Below are positions 48,928-56,351 of a DNA stretch of 64,000 nt, piece by piece. Below the pieces are notes generated by a model. The model had not been told where the DNA came from. It saw only the letters and a list, made by a program, of their open reading frames with translations, and did no database searches. A program made the translations under genes and the position numbers. Source of the DNA: Patescibacteria group bacterium. GTDB lineage: Bacteria; Patescibacteriota; Minisyncoccia; CAIUEV01; JAHKAQ01. Position 1 is the first letter of the stretch, and the number at the start of each line of letters is the position of its first letter. The DNA is taken from assembly GCA_034716235.1 (NCBI GenBank), contig JAYEHH010000032.1:370-64369 (forward strand), read 5' to 3'.

Positions 48928-48965
48928 CTTGATTAAATGGGTAGAAAGTGGCTTAATGGGGAGGA
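48928..48965 (+). repeat. island repeat, left half-unit B (38 nt), possible promoter TTGATT-17nt-CTTAAT
   Basis: cttgattaaatgggtagaaagtggcttaatggggagg is identical to the first 37-38 nt of unit C (55963-56000). It lies 131 nt upstream of the McrB start. Confidence 0.7.
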
Positions 48966-49095
48966 GAATTGCATGGTTAATTGGTTATCAATGAAAATGC
49001 TATAAAGTTTTTATTAAGATTATAATTAAGAGAATAATTCAGGTAGGGTTTTTTGCAAAAATTAATGTGCTTTTTAATTATTTTATATAAATTCA

Positions 49096-52014
49096 ATGAG
49101 AGTTAATATCAAGGAAATCAGGAGAATAATTAAATCTGATGTTATTAAGCCTAGAATTGAAGAATATTTACAGAAAAGAAAAAGTGGAGACGAGCAGCAA
49201 TGGAACGAGGAATATAAATGGGATCCAAAAATATTGCCTGCAACACATAAGGAATTTATCAAGGAAAGAGACATTCTTAAAAAAATTGAAATTCTTCAAA
49301 AAAATAATCCAAACGAAGGATCCTTTGTGAGTTATATGGACTTGGACGATCTCAATAAATTTGCTAAGGAAAAAACAAAGCAAGCCACAAAGTTGATGGA
49401 AAACTTATTGAATGGAAAAAAGAATATTGCTAAACGCATTGATTATTTTAGGGATGAGACGAAAAAAGTGGATGAAAAAATTAAATTAGGAACACCCTTA
49501 TTTGGTTACATTATGGCGGTATTCAATTCCAGTAAATATCCAACTTATAAAAATTCAACCTTTATGGCTCTCAAAAAGCTCATTGGAAAAAGACAAGAAT
49601 GGAGTTCTATGAGTGTTGGCGAGAAATATCAAACATTTACTGACCTGTGCCATGAAATGGGCAAATTGCTGAAGCCAGAACTTGAAACTGTAAATATCAG
49701 AGGTATTGAGGTCAAGCCAGGAAGGACTGCTCTGGATGGTCAAGACTTTTTCTATATTCTTGAAGATCGTTATAATAGAGAGAGATATTTCCCCGAACTT
49801 GTTAAATTTCTTGAACAAGCCAAGGCAAGCAATCTTACAACAAAGCAATACCGAAAGGATTATATGAATTGTAAAGTGAGGATAAGTTTTGGAAAAGTAA
49901 GCTCTGCACAAACACCCTGGATTAGTTTTTTATCCGGTGACAATAAATTACAGAAGGGAATTTATCCAGTCTTTCTTTTTTATAAAAGTATAAATAAATT
50001 ATTTCTAGCATATGGTATAAGTGAAATAAGTGAACCCGAACAAATTTGGAACATTGTTGGAAAAGAAACAATTGAAGATTATTTTATTGAAAATTTCAAC
50101 TCGGAGCCAGAGAGATATGGCAGTTCTTATGTTTATAAAGTATACGATGTGAAAAACATTGATAATTTAAATCAAGAACAAATGGAAAATGACTTGAAAA
50201 ACATAATTAATGAATATAAAAAACAACTTGAAGAAACTCCAAAAATTCAATACTGGACAATTTCTCCGGGGGAAGATGCAAAGCACTGGGAGGAGTTCTA
50301 TCAAAAAGGGATCATTGGAGTCGGCTGGGATAAAACAAAAGATCTCTTACAATATAAAAATAAAAAAGAAATTCAAAAGGTTGCGAAAAACTTATTTGGA
50401 TTAAAAACTAATGCCAGCAATACTGCCCAAGCTTGTTTGGATTTTTCTAGAACAATGAGAATTGGGGATATTTTAATTGTCAAAAAGGGAATTCATGAAT
50501 TGGTCGGCTATGGAAAGGTAACTTCAGATTATATTTATGATGCAAGGAGGAAGACATATAAACACATACGAAATGTGATGTGGATTAAAAAGGGAAATTG
50601 GAAGATAGATAAAGAGATTATTCATCCTGCATTAAAAACTTTAACTAACATAACTCCGTATGAAGGTTATGCCCAAGAATTATTGGGCATAATGGACGAA
50701 AGTAATATTGATGGAAAAAATTACTGGTGGATTAATGCAAATCCAAAAATTTGGAATTTAACAGAGGCGGAAGTCGGTTCCAAACAAATATATACAAGCC
50801 ATAATGAGGCCAAGAATCCCAGAAGAATTTATAGTTATTTTAAAGAGGTTAAGCCGGGCGACATTATGTTTGGATATATAACAAGTCCTGACAAACAAAT
50901 TACTTCAATATGCAAAATAACCAAAGGGTTATATGAGAACAAAGAGGGGGAAGTGATTGAATTTGAAAAAACTGAGACTTTACAAAATCCAATTTTGTGG
51001 AATGAATTGAAAAATGAAGAAAGTTTGAAAAATTGCGAACCAATTAAGAACAATCAAGGAAGTTTGTTTAAAATAAGCAAAGAAGAATATGAAACCATTA
51101 GATATTTGATTGATGAGAAAAATATTTTCACGAAAGAAAAAATTGAAAAATATATAAAAAAGGATGCTCTAGACAAATTATTTATTTCAGAAAATGAATT
51201 TGATAATATAGCCCAAAATATTGAAAGAAACAAAAATATCATTCTGCAAGGCCCTCCCGGAGTTGGCAAAACTTTTCTTGCAAAAAGGTTGGCTTATTAT
51301 TTGATTGGATACAAAGACGTAAACAAGGTACAATCTATCCAATTTCATCAATCATATTCATATGAAGATTTCATGCAAGGTTACAGGCCCAATGAAAAAG
51401 GAAAATTTGATCTTGTTAATGGAATATTTTTCAGATTTTGTCAGAAAGCTAAAAATGATCCAAACAATAAGTATTTCTTCTTGATAGATGAAATAAATAG
51501 AGGAAATCTGAGCAAAATTTTTGGTGAATTAATGATGCTTATTGAAAAAGATAAACGGGGTAAAGATTTTGCTATACCTTTAACATATTCCCAAGATGAC
51601 AGAGAAACATTTTATGTGCCAGAAAATGTTCATTTGATTGGGACTATGAACACAGCTGATAAATCACTTGCGATGGTAGACTATGCTTTGCGAAGAAGAT
51701 TTAATTTTATTTTTCTGAAACCAAAATTTAATAACAGCTTTAGTTCATTCCTAGAAAATATGGGAGTTAAAAAGATTATTATTAAAGCGATAGTTGAAAA
51801 AATAAGCAAACTAAATGAGATGATAATTAATGATGATAATAATCTTGGAAAAGGATATCAAATTGGTCATAGTTTTTTCTGTCCTCAGAGAAAAAGTAAA
51901 TATGACGAAGAATGGTTTAAGAATATTGTCAAATACGAAATTGAACCATTGCTCGAGGAGTATTGGTTTGATAGTGAGAAAAAATTTAATGAAGCGAAGA
52001 ATTTATTAAACTGA
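49096..52014 (+). CDS. mcrB: McrB-family AAA+ GTPase with extended N-terminal sensor region (DUF3578/MrcB_N-like + PUA-like + EVE-like)
   Basis: 972 aa. The AAA+ core spans aa ~700-900 (ILQGPPGVGKTF, FFLIDEINRGNLSKIFGELMMLIE, LIGTMNTADKSLAMVDYALRRRF). aa ~255-310 (KVRISFGKVSSAQTPWISFLSGDNKLQKGIYPVFLFY) resembles DUF3578. aa ~384-505 (YWTISPGE..W..F...GIIGVGW...MRIGDILIVKKG..LVGYGKV) and aa ~541-675 (YWWINANPKIW...VKPGDIMFGYITSP...QGSLFKISKEEY) look like EVE/PUA-type barrels. Confidence 0.8.
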   Translation: MRVNIKEIRRIIKSDVIKPRIEEYLQKRKSGDEQQWNEEYKWDPKILPATHKEFIKERDILKKIEILQKNNPNEGSFVSYMDLDDLNKFAKEKTKQATKLMENLLNGKKNIAKRIDYFRDETKKVDEKIKLGTPLFGYIMAVFNSSKYPTYKNSTFMALKKLIGKRQEWSSMSVGEKYQTFTDLCHEMGKLLKPELETVNIRGIEVKPGRTALDGQDFFYILEDRYNRERYFPELVKFLEQAKASNLTTKQYRKDYMNCKVRISFGKVSSAQTPWISFLSGDNKLQKGIYPVFLFYKSINKLFLAYGISEISEPEQIWNIVGKETIEDYFIENFNSEPERYGSSYVYKVYDVKNIDNLNQEQMENDLKNIINEYKKQLEETPKIQYWTISPGEDAKHWEEFYQKGIIGVGWDKTKDLLQYKNKKEIQKVAKNLFGLKTNASNTAQACLDFSRTMRIGDILIVKKGIHELVGYGKVTSDYIYDARRKTYKHIRNVMWIKKGNWKIDKEIIHPALKTLTNITPYEGYAQELLGIMDESNIDGKNYWWINANPKIWNLTEAEVGSKQIYTSHNEAKNPRRIYSYFKEVKPGDIMFGYITSPDKQITSICKITKGLYENKEGEVIEFEKTETLQNPILWNELKNEESLKNCEPIKNNQGSLFKISKEEYETIRYLIDEKNIFTKEKIEKYIKKDALDKLFISENEFDNIAQNIERNKNIILQGPPGVGKTFLAKRLAYYLIGYKDVNKVQSIQFHQSYSYEDFMQGYRPNEKGKFDLVNGIFFRFCQKAKNDPNNKYFFLIDEINRGNLSKIFGELMMLIEKDKRGKDFAIPLTYSQDDRETFYVPENVHLIGTMNTADKSLAMVDYALRRRFNFIFLKPKFNNSFSSFLENMGVKKIIIKAIVEKISKLNEMIINDDNNLGKGYQIGHSFFCPQRKSKYDEEWFKNIVKYEIEPLLEEYWFDSEKKFNEAKNLLN

Positions 52015-52019
52015 TTTTT

Positions 52020-53057
52020 ATGGAGATACCTATAATAAATATATATTACCTACTTTGTTATGCTTGGGATAAACTTGAAGAAAAAGATGTTGTTAACGTA
52101 AAAGAAGAAGATCACACTAAGTTACTTGATCTTTTTGCAAAGATATTAATTAACGGAATGAATCATCTAATCAGGAAAGGATTGGACAGAAATTACATTG
52201 ATATCAAAGAAGATTCAAAGAGAATTAAGGGAAAGATTAATTTCAATGAAACACTGAAAAGGAACTTGTTGGTACGATGTGAAATTAGTTGCGAATTCGA
52301 CGATTTTAGTTACAACATTCTTCACAACAGAATTATTAAAACAGTGATTGGAGGATTAGTTAGAAATGATGAGGTGGATCAGGAGCTGAGGGACGAATTG
52401 AATAAAATCTATCGATTATTGAAAGAGATTGATGAGATAAGGCTTTCCTCAAAAATATTTAATGCTGTAAAATTAAACAGAAATAATTACTTTTATGATT
52501 TTCTGATCAAGGTATGTAGGCTGATATATGAAAATTATTTAATCACGGAAGAAACGGGCAAGGGGAAATTTAGAGATTTTATAAGAGACGAAGTAAAAAT
52601 GAGAATGCTCTTCGAAGATTTTGTTAGGAATTTTTATAGAAAAGAACAAAACGAATTTTCTGTAACAAGGGAATTGATTGCATGGAATGTTAAGGCTGAG
52701 AATGATGAAGATATGAGTTATATGCCGAGAATGGAAACCGATATATCGCTAAAATCAAAAAGTAAAAAAATAATAGTTGATACAAAATATTATAAAGAGG
52801 CCATTAAGGGTCAATATAAGAATAAAGAAAAGTTAATATCCAATAATTTATATCAAATGTTTGCCTACATAAATAATATAGAAAACAAAGGAGGTCTAAA
52901 TAAAAAATGTACTGGAATATTACTTTACCCAACAGTTAAAAAAGATTTGGATTTAAAATATAAAATACCAAATCATAACTTACAAATTAAAACAATAAAT
53001 CTAAATCAAGAATGGAAAAAAATTCATAAAGACTTATTAAGTGTAATTATGACTTGA
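52020..53057 (+). CDS. mcrC: McrC-family nuclease subunit
   Basis: 345 aa, starting 5 nt after mcrB. The N-terminal YLLCYAWDKLEE and the C-terminal PD-(D/E)xK-like METDISL...IIVDTKYYK are typical of McrC. Confidence 0.8.
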   Translation: MEIPIINIYYLLCYAWDKLEEKDVVNVKEEDHTKLLDLFAKILINGMNHLIRKGLDRNYIDIKEDSKRIKGKINFNETLKRNLLVRCEISCEFDDFSYNILHNRIIKTVIGGLVRNDEVDQELRDELNKIYRLLKEIDEIRLSSKIFNAVKLNRNNYFYDFLIKVCRLIYENYLITEETGKGKFRDFIRDEVKMRMLFEDFVRNFYRKEQNEFSVTRELIAWNVKAENDEDMSYMPRMETDISLKSKSKKIIVDTKYYKEAIKGQYKNKEKLISNNLYQMFAYINNIENKGGLNKKCTGILLYPTVKKDLDLKYKIPNHNLQIKTINLNQEWKKIHKDLLSVIMT

Positions 53058-53131
53058 AAATCCCTATGTTTATAAATTTTAAAAACAATTTAGAATAGAA
53101 GATAATCATCTATTTATATTTATATAACCCA

Positions 53132-54349
53132 ATGCAACAATTTTCTCATTCAAAATTACAAACCTATGAAAGATGTCCCCTGCAATATAAGCTCCAATAC
53201 CTCACCAATCTAAAGCCGGAGCAGGAAGAGACAATAGAAGCCTTTGTGGGTAGCCGGGTCCATGAGACTCTGGAACTTCTTTATCGTGATCTACTGCGAA
53301 CAAAACTAAATTCTTTAGCTGATCTTTTAAAGTTCTATGATAAAATTTGGAGAGTAAACTGGAGCAATGACATAGTTATCAATAATAAAGAATTTAAAAA
53401 GAAACATTACTTTGATCTTGGAAAAAAATGTATTAAAAATTATTATGAAAAATATAGCCCTTTTGATCAGGATCAAACAATTGGAATTGAGAAGAGGATT
53501 AATTTACAATGGGGAGACATTGGAATAGTGGGATACATTGACCGTTTAGCTAGAGACAGCCAGGGTATTTATTCTATCCATGATTATAAAACGGGTGCCA
53601 TCATGGAACAGAAGTACGCAGATCAAGATCGTCAGCTAGCCTTGTATTCAATTGCCGTTAAGGAAAACTTTAGAGAGGCCAAAGAGGTAAGGTTAATTTG
53701 GCATTTTGTAGCTTATGGCGAAGATGTTATCTCGAAACGGACAAATAAGGAATTGGCTAAGCTAAAAAATGAAATGCTGTCCCTTATTGAAGAAATTAAT
53801 CTTGCAGAAAAAGAAGATAATTTTCCAGCCAAAGAAACTAAATGTGAATGGTGCGGATATTGGCAGTATTGCCCAAAGAAAAAGCATTTATTCAAAACAG
53901 AAAAACTTCCAAAAAATAAATACCTACAAGATAGTGGAGTAAAACTAGCAAAAAAGTATATTAATTTATCACAACAAAGAACTGTCATAAACAAACGAGC
54001 TAAAACTAAGGGGGAAATAATTAAGCAAGAAATGCTAAAGATTCAAGAAGCTATCCTAAAATATACCCAGAAACATAAAATAGATGTCTTGGCGGGAGAA
54101 AAAATGCTTGTAGCTATTAATAAGAGTAAGAACTATACCTTCCCTACAAAAACTACTGACATTGAAAAATACACTGAATTGGAAAATTTATTGAAAAAAA
54201 GTAAGTACTGGAACGGTGTATCTTCCGTCAATGCCCAAAAAGTTAGTCAATTATTGGAAGATGATGGGATTGACAGTAGATTAAAGCAGAAAATTATTGC
54301 CCTTGCTCCACTTGAAGAATCTACTAACTTATCAATCAGAAAAAAGTAA
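53132..54349 (+). CDS. Cas4/AddB-like PD-(D/E)XK nuclease with Fe-S Cys cluster and ~150-aa C-terminal extension
   Basis: 405 aa. Motifs: FSHSKLQTYERCPLQYKLQY (Cys15), GYIDRLARD (D137), IHDYKTG (D151-x-K153), QLALY (QxxxY) and CEWCGYWQYC (C238, C241, C247). Confidence 0.75.
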   Translation: MQQFSHSKLQTYERCPLQYKLQYLTNLKPEQEETIEAFVGSRVHETLELLYRDLLRTKLNSLADLLKFYDKIWRVNWSNDIVINNKEFKKKHYFDLGKKCIKNYYEKYSPFDQDQTIGIEKRINLQWGDIGIVGYIDRLARDSQGIYSIHDYKTGAIMEQKYADQDRQLALYSIAVKENFREAKEVRLIWHFVAYGEDVISKRTNKELAKLKNEMLSLIEEINLAEKEDNFPAKETKCEWCGYWQYCPKKKHLFKTEKLPKNKYLQDSGVKLAKKYINLSQQRTVINKRAKTKGEIIKQEMLKIQEAILKYTQKHKIDVLAGEKMLVAINKSKNYTFPTKTTDIEKYTELENLLKKSKYWNGVSSVNAQKVSQLLEDDGIDSRLKQKIIALAPLEESTNLSIRKK

Positions 54350-54910
54350 ATGGAGCTTCTAGAGAAAACCATCAAGCATATAGAAAAAAAGAAAAGGGAT
54401 AATTCTAATAAAAAAGAGCTATTGGCAAACAACAGACATCCTAAATCTGCCCATTATTATAAAAAGGAATGGTCATTTATTGAGTTTGTACCAGCTAGAG
54501 AAAATATTACCTATCAGTTACAGTATTTAGAGTATATGACCAATTTATACAATGACTACCAAATGTATTTAACGATTGAATCTTTACATTGCAAGAACAT
54601 GATGATTACCATTGCCTCAATAATGGAATGTGCCCTCTATGACCTCTTGTATCAGTTAGCCAGAAAAAGGTCAGATATTGGTTTTGATGAAAGAGAAGAT
54701 TTTTTAGCAATGATTGATTTAGGGTTTCGGGGAGGTTTACTTAATGAACAAATGAAAAATTTGCTACATGAGCTTCGGAAAGTTAGAAATTTTGTGCATA
54801 TTTCTAATTTGGAGCATAAAGAATACGAAGCTTATGATATTGAGCAAGTAAACAACTATATTATACTTTTAGATAATTTTAAGGATAGAGTTAGGGAGAA
54901 GATTAAATGA
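54350..54910 (+). CDS. hypothetical helical protein, possible HEPN-like (LLHELRKVRNFVH)
   Basis: 186 aa. Its ATG abuts the TAA of the nuclease gene (aagTAAATGgag). R143-x6-H150 fits the Rx4-6H HEPN motif. The family call is tentative. Confidence 0.5.
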   Translation: MELLEKTIKHIEKKKRDNSNKKELLANNRHPKSAHYYKKEWSFIEFVPARENITYQLQYLEYMTNLYNDYQMYLTIESLHCKNMMITIASIMECALYDLLYQLARKRSDIGFDEREDFLAMIDLGFRGGLLNEQMKNLLHELRKVRNFVHISNLEHKEYEAYDIEQVNNYIILLDNFKDRVREKIK

Positions 54911-54950
54911 AAATAATTAGGGTTATACTCCCCTGCTGCATTCTTTCTTA

Positions 54951-54977
54951 AAAGAATTACGTAATTAATTACTTACC
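54951..54977 (+). repeat. island repeat, right half-unit D (27 nt) with palindrome AATTACGTAATT
   Basis: aaagaattacgtaattaattacttacc is identical to 56011-56037. It lies 55 nt upstream of the ATG at 55032. Confidence 0.7.
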
Positions 54978-55031
54978 AGTAACCCCACTTCCAAAAACAA
55001 TTCTAAAATAACATAGATTAATAGAATCTGA

Positions 55032-55922
55032 ATGCCTCCAAAACCTAAAAAAATAGATGTTGATGTTAATGATTTTTTCAGAAGAATTGTTAGATTAAAA
55101 AAGAAAAAGAAATTTGCAAATTTCTTAAAATTTATTAAACGAGTACCAAAACAATCCCCTTTAAATGACTCTCTCGTATTCATTCAAAATTGTAATTGTT
55201 TTTATTATGCAACAGCTAAGCAATGGAAGAATAAATTTGGAAGAAAAGTAAAAGATGATGCGCAACCATTGATCGTATTAGTTCCATTTGGTCCCGTTAT
55301 GTTCGTATATGATATTAAGGATACCAAGGGAAAATCTCTAGATAAAAAAAATTTGTTTTGGTGGAAAGAAAAAGAAGGATATTTTCACGAAAGTATTTAT
55401 TTGAACACAGCCAATAACTGTAAGAATGTTGGGATAGATTATCGTATTGGTAAAAAAGAACAGTATATATTTAAAGAGGGTCTACAGACTTTCGGATATG
55501 CTGGAAAAAATATAAATAATAACTTACGTAAAATTGAACTACATCCTAAATATCAAAATGGAATCAATATAAAAGAAACTTATGGAGTATTATGCCATGA
55601 GTTGGCTCATCATTTGCTTGGGCATTTGGGAGAAATAAAAATTGAGATACCAGTGCAGATGAGTTTATTTTCATCTAAGGTCAACGTCCGTCACAAAAAA
55701 ATAGCTCCGAGTGGTAGAGAGTCTATTGATGATAATATTAAAGAGCTTGAAGCCGAATTAACTGCTTGGATAGTATTTTCCTGTTGGGGTATGGAAAAAA
55801 ACTCAGAAGCATACATGGCAAATTGGCTGATAGATAGCAATGATGCAAAAGAAATAAACTATCCCTTAGTTTTTAAGGTAGCTGGAACGATTAAGCGAAT
55901 GGCGCTCGGTAAAATTGCGTAA
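55032..55922 (+). CDS. HExxH zinc metallopeptidase-like protein, ArdC-like or ImmA/IrrE-like (tentative)
   Basis: 296 aa. CHELAHHLLGH is a metallopeptidase motif. The N-terminal YYATAKQWKNKFGRKVKDDAQPLIVLVP resembles the ArdC_N/DUF1738 ssDNA-binding pattern (TfkQw..lGr.VkKGeK). Confidence 0.5.
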   Translation: MPPKPKKIDVDVNDFFRRIVRLKKKKKFANFLKFIKRVPKQSPLNDSLVFIQNCNCFYYATAKQWKNKFGRKVKDDAQPLIVLVPFGPVMFVYDIKDTKGKSLDKKNLFWWKEKEGYFHESIYLNTANNCKNVGIDYRIGKKEQYIFKEGLQTFGYAGKNINNNLRKIELHPKYQNGINIKETYGVLCHELAHHLLGHLGEIKIEIPVQMSLFSSKVNVRHKKIAPSGRESIDDNIKELEAELTAWIVFSCWGMEKNSEAYMANWLIDSNDAKEINYPLVFKVAGTIKRMALGKIA

Positions 55923-55962
55923 AGAAATATATCAGTACAATTATCCCAAACATACTATTTGG

Positions 55963-56037
55963 CTTGATTAAATGGGTAGAAAGTGGCTTAATGGGGAGGG
56001 AAATAGAGAAAAAGAATTACGTAATTAATTACTTACC
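55963..56037 (+). repeat. island direct repeat, full unit C (75 nt)
   Basis: The unit is cttgattaaatgggtagaaagtggcttaatggggagggaaatagagaaaaagaattacgtaattaattacttacc. See units A, B and D. Confidence 0.75.
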
Positions 56038-56136
56038 ACCACTAAAACAATAATCTATTCAAAATAATAATTCAAAATAATAATTCAAAATACCTACAGG
56101 ACTGGAAAAATATAGTTGCTAATGCTAATCTAAAAC

Positions 56137-56346
56137 TAAGTTCGTAAAGTATAACTTCTAACGTTTCGTCTAGGCGTCCCGGGATTTCCGTCCGGCATGC
56201 GCCAGATTACATTTTCCTGCCTACCGGCAGGCAGGAAGCTTTAGCGAAGACTGGTCATCCCCTGGATGAAAAATTGAAAATTAGAAATTGAAAATTATAA
56301 TAAAGTATTCCTTAATTGAAAATTGTGAATTGAAAATTGAAAATTC
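56137..56346. repeat. mosaic repeat block at the right island flank (cgtaaagt words, GC-rich core 56168-56268, AT-rich aattgaaaatt words)
   Basis: gtctaggcgtcccgggatttcc...ttttcctgcctaccggcaggcagg matches 1167-1215. The segment 56306-56345 matches the atpD-upstream module at 39/40 positions. Confidence 0.65.
56274..56301 (+). promoter_or_regulatory. putative valS promoter TTGAAA-16nt-TATAAT inside the repeat block
   Basis: The sequence reads aaaTTGAAAattagaaattgaaaatTATAATaaag, ~50 nt upstream of the ATG at 56352. Confidence 0.35.
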
Positions 56347-56351
56347 TCTTT

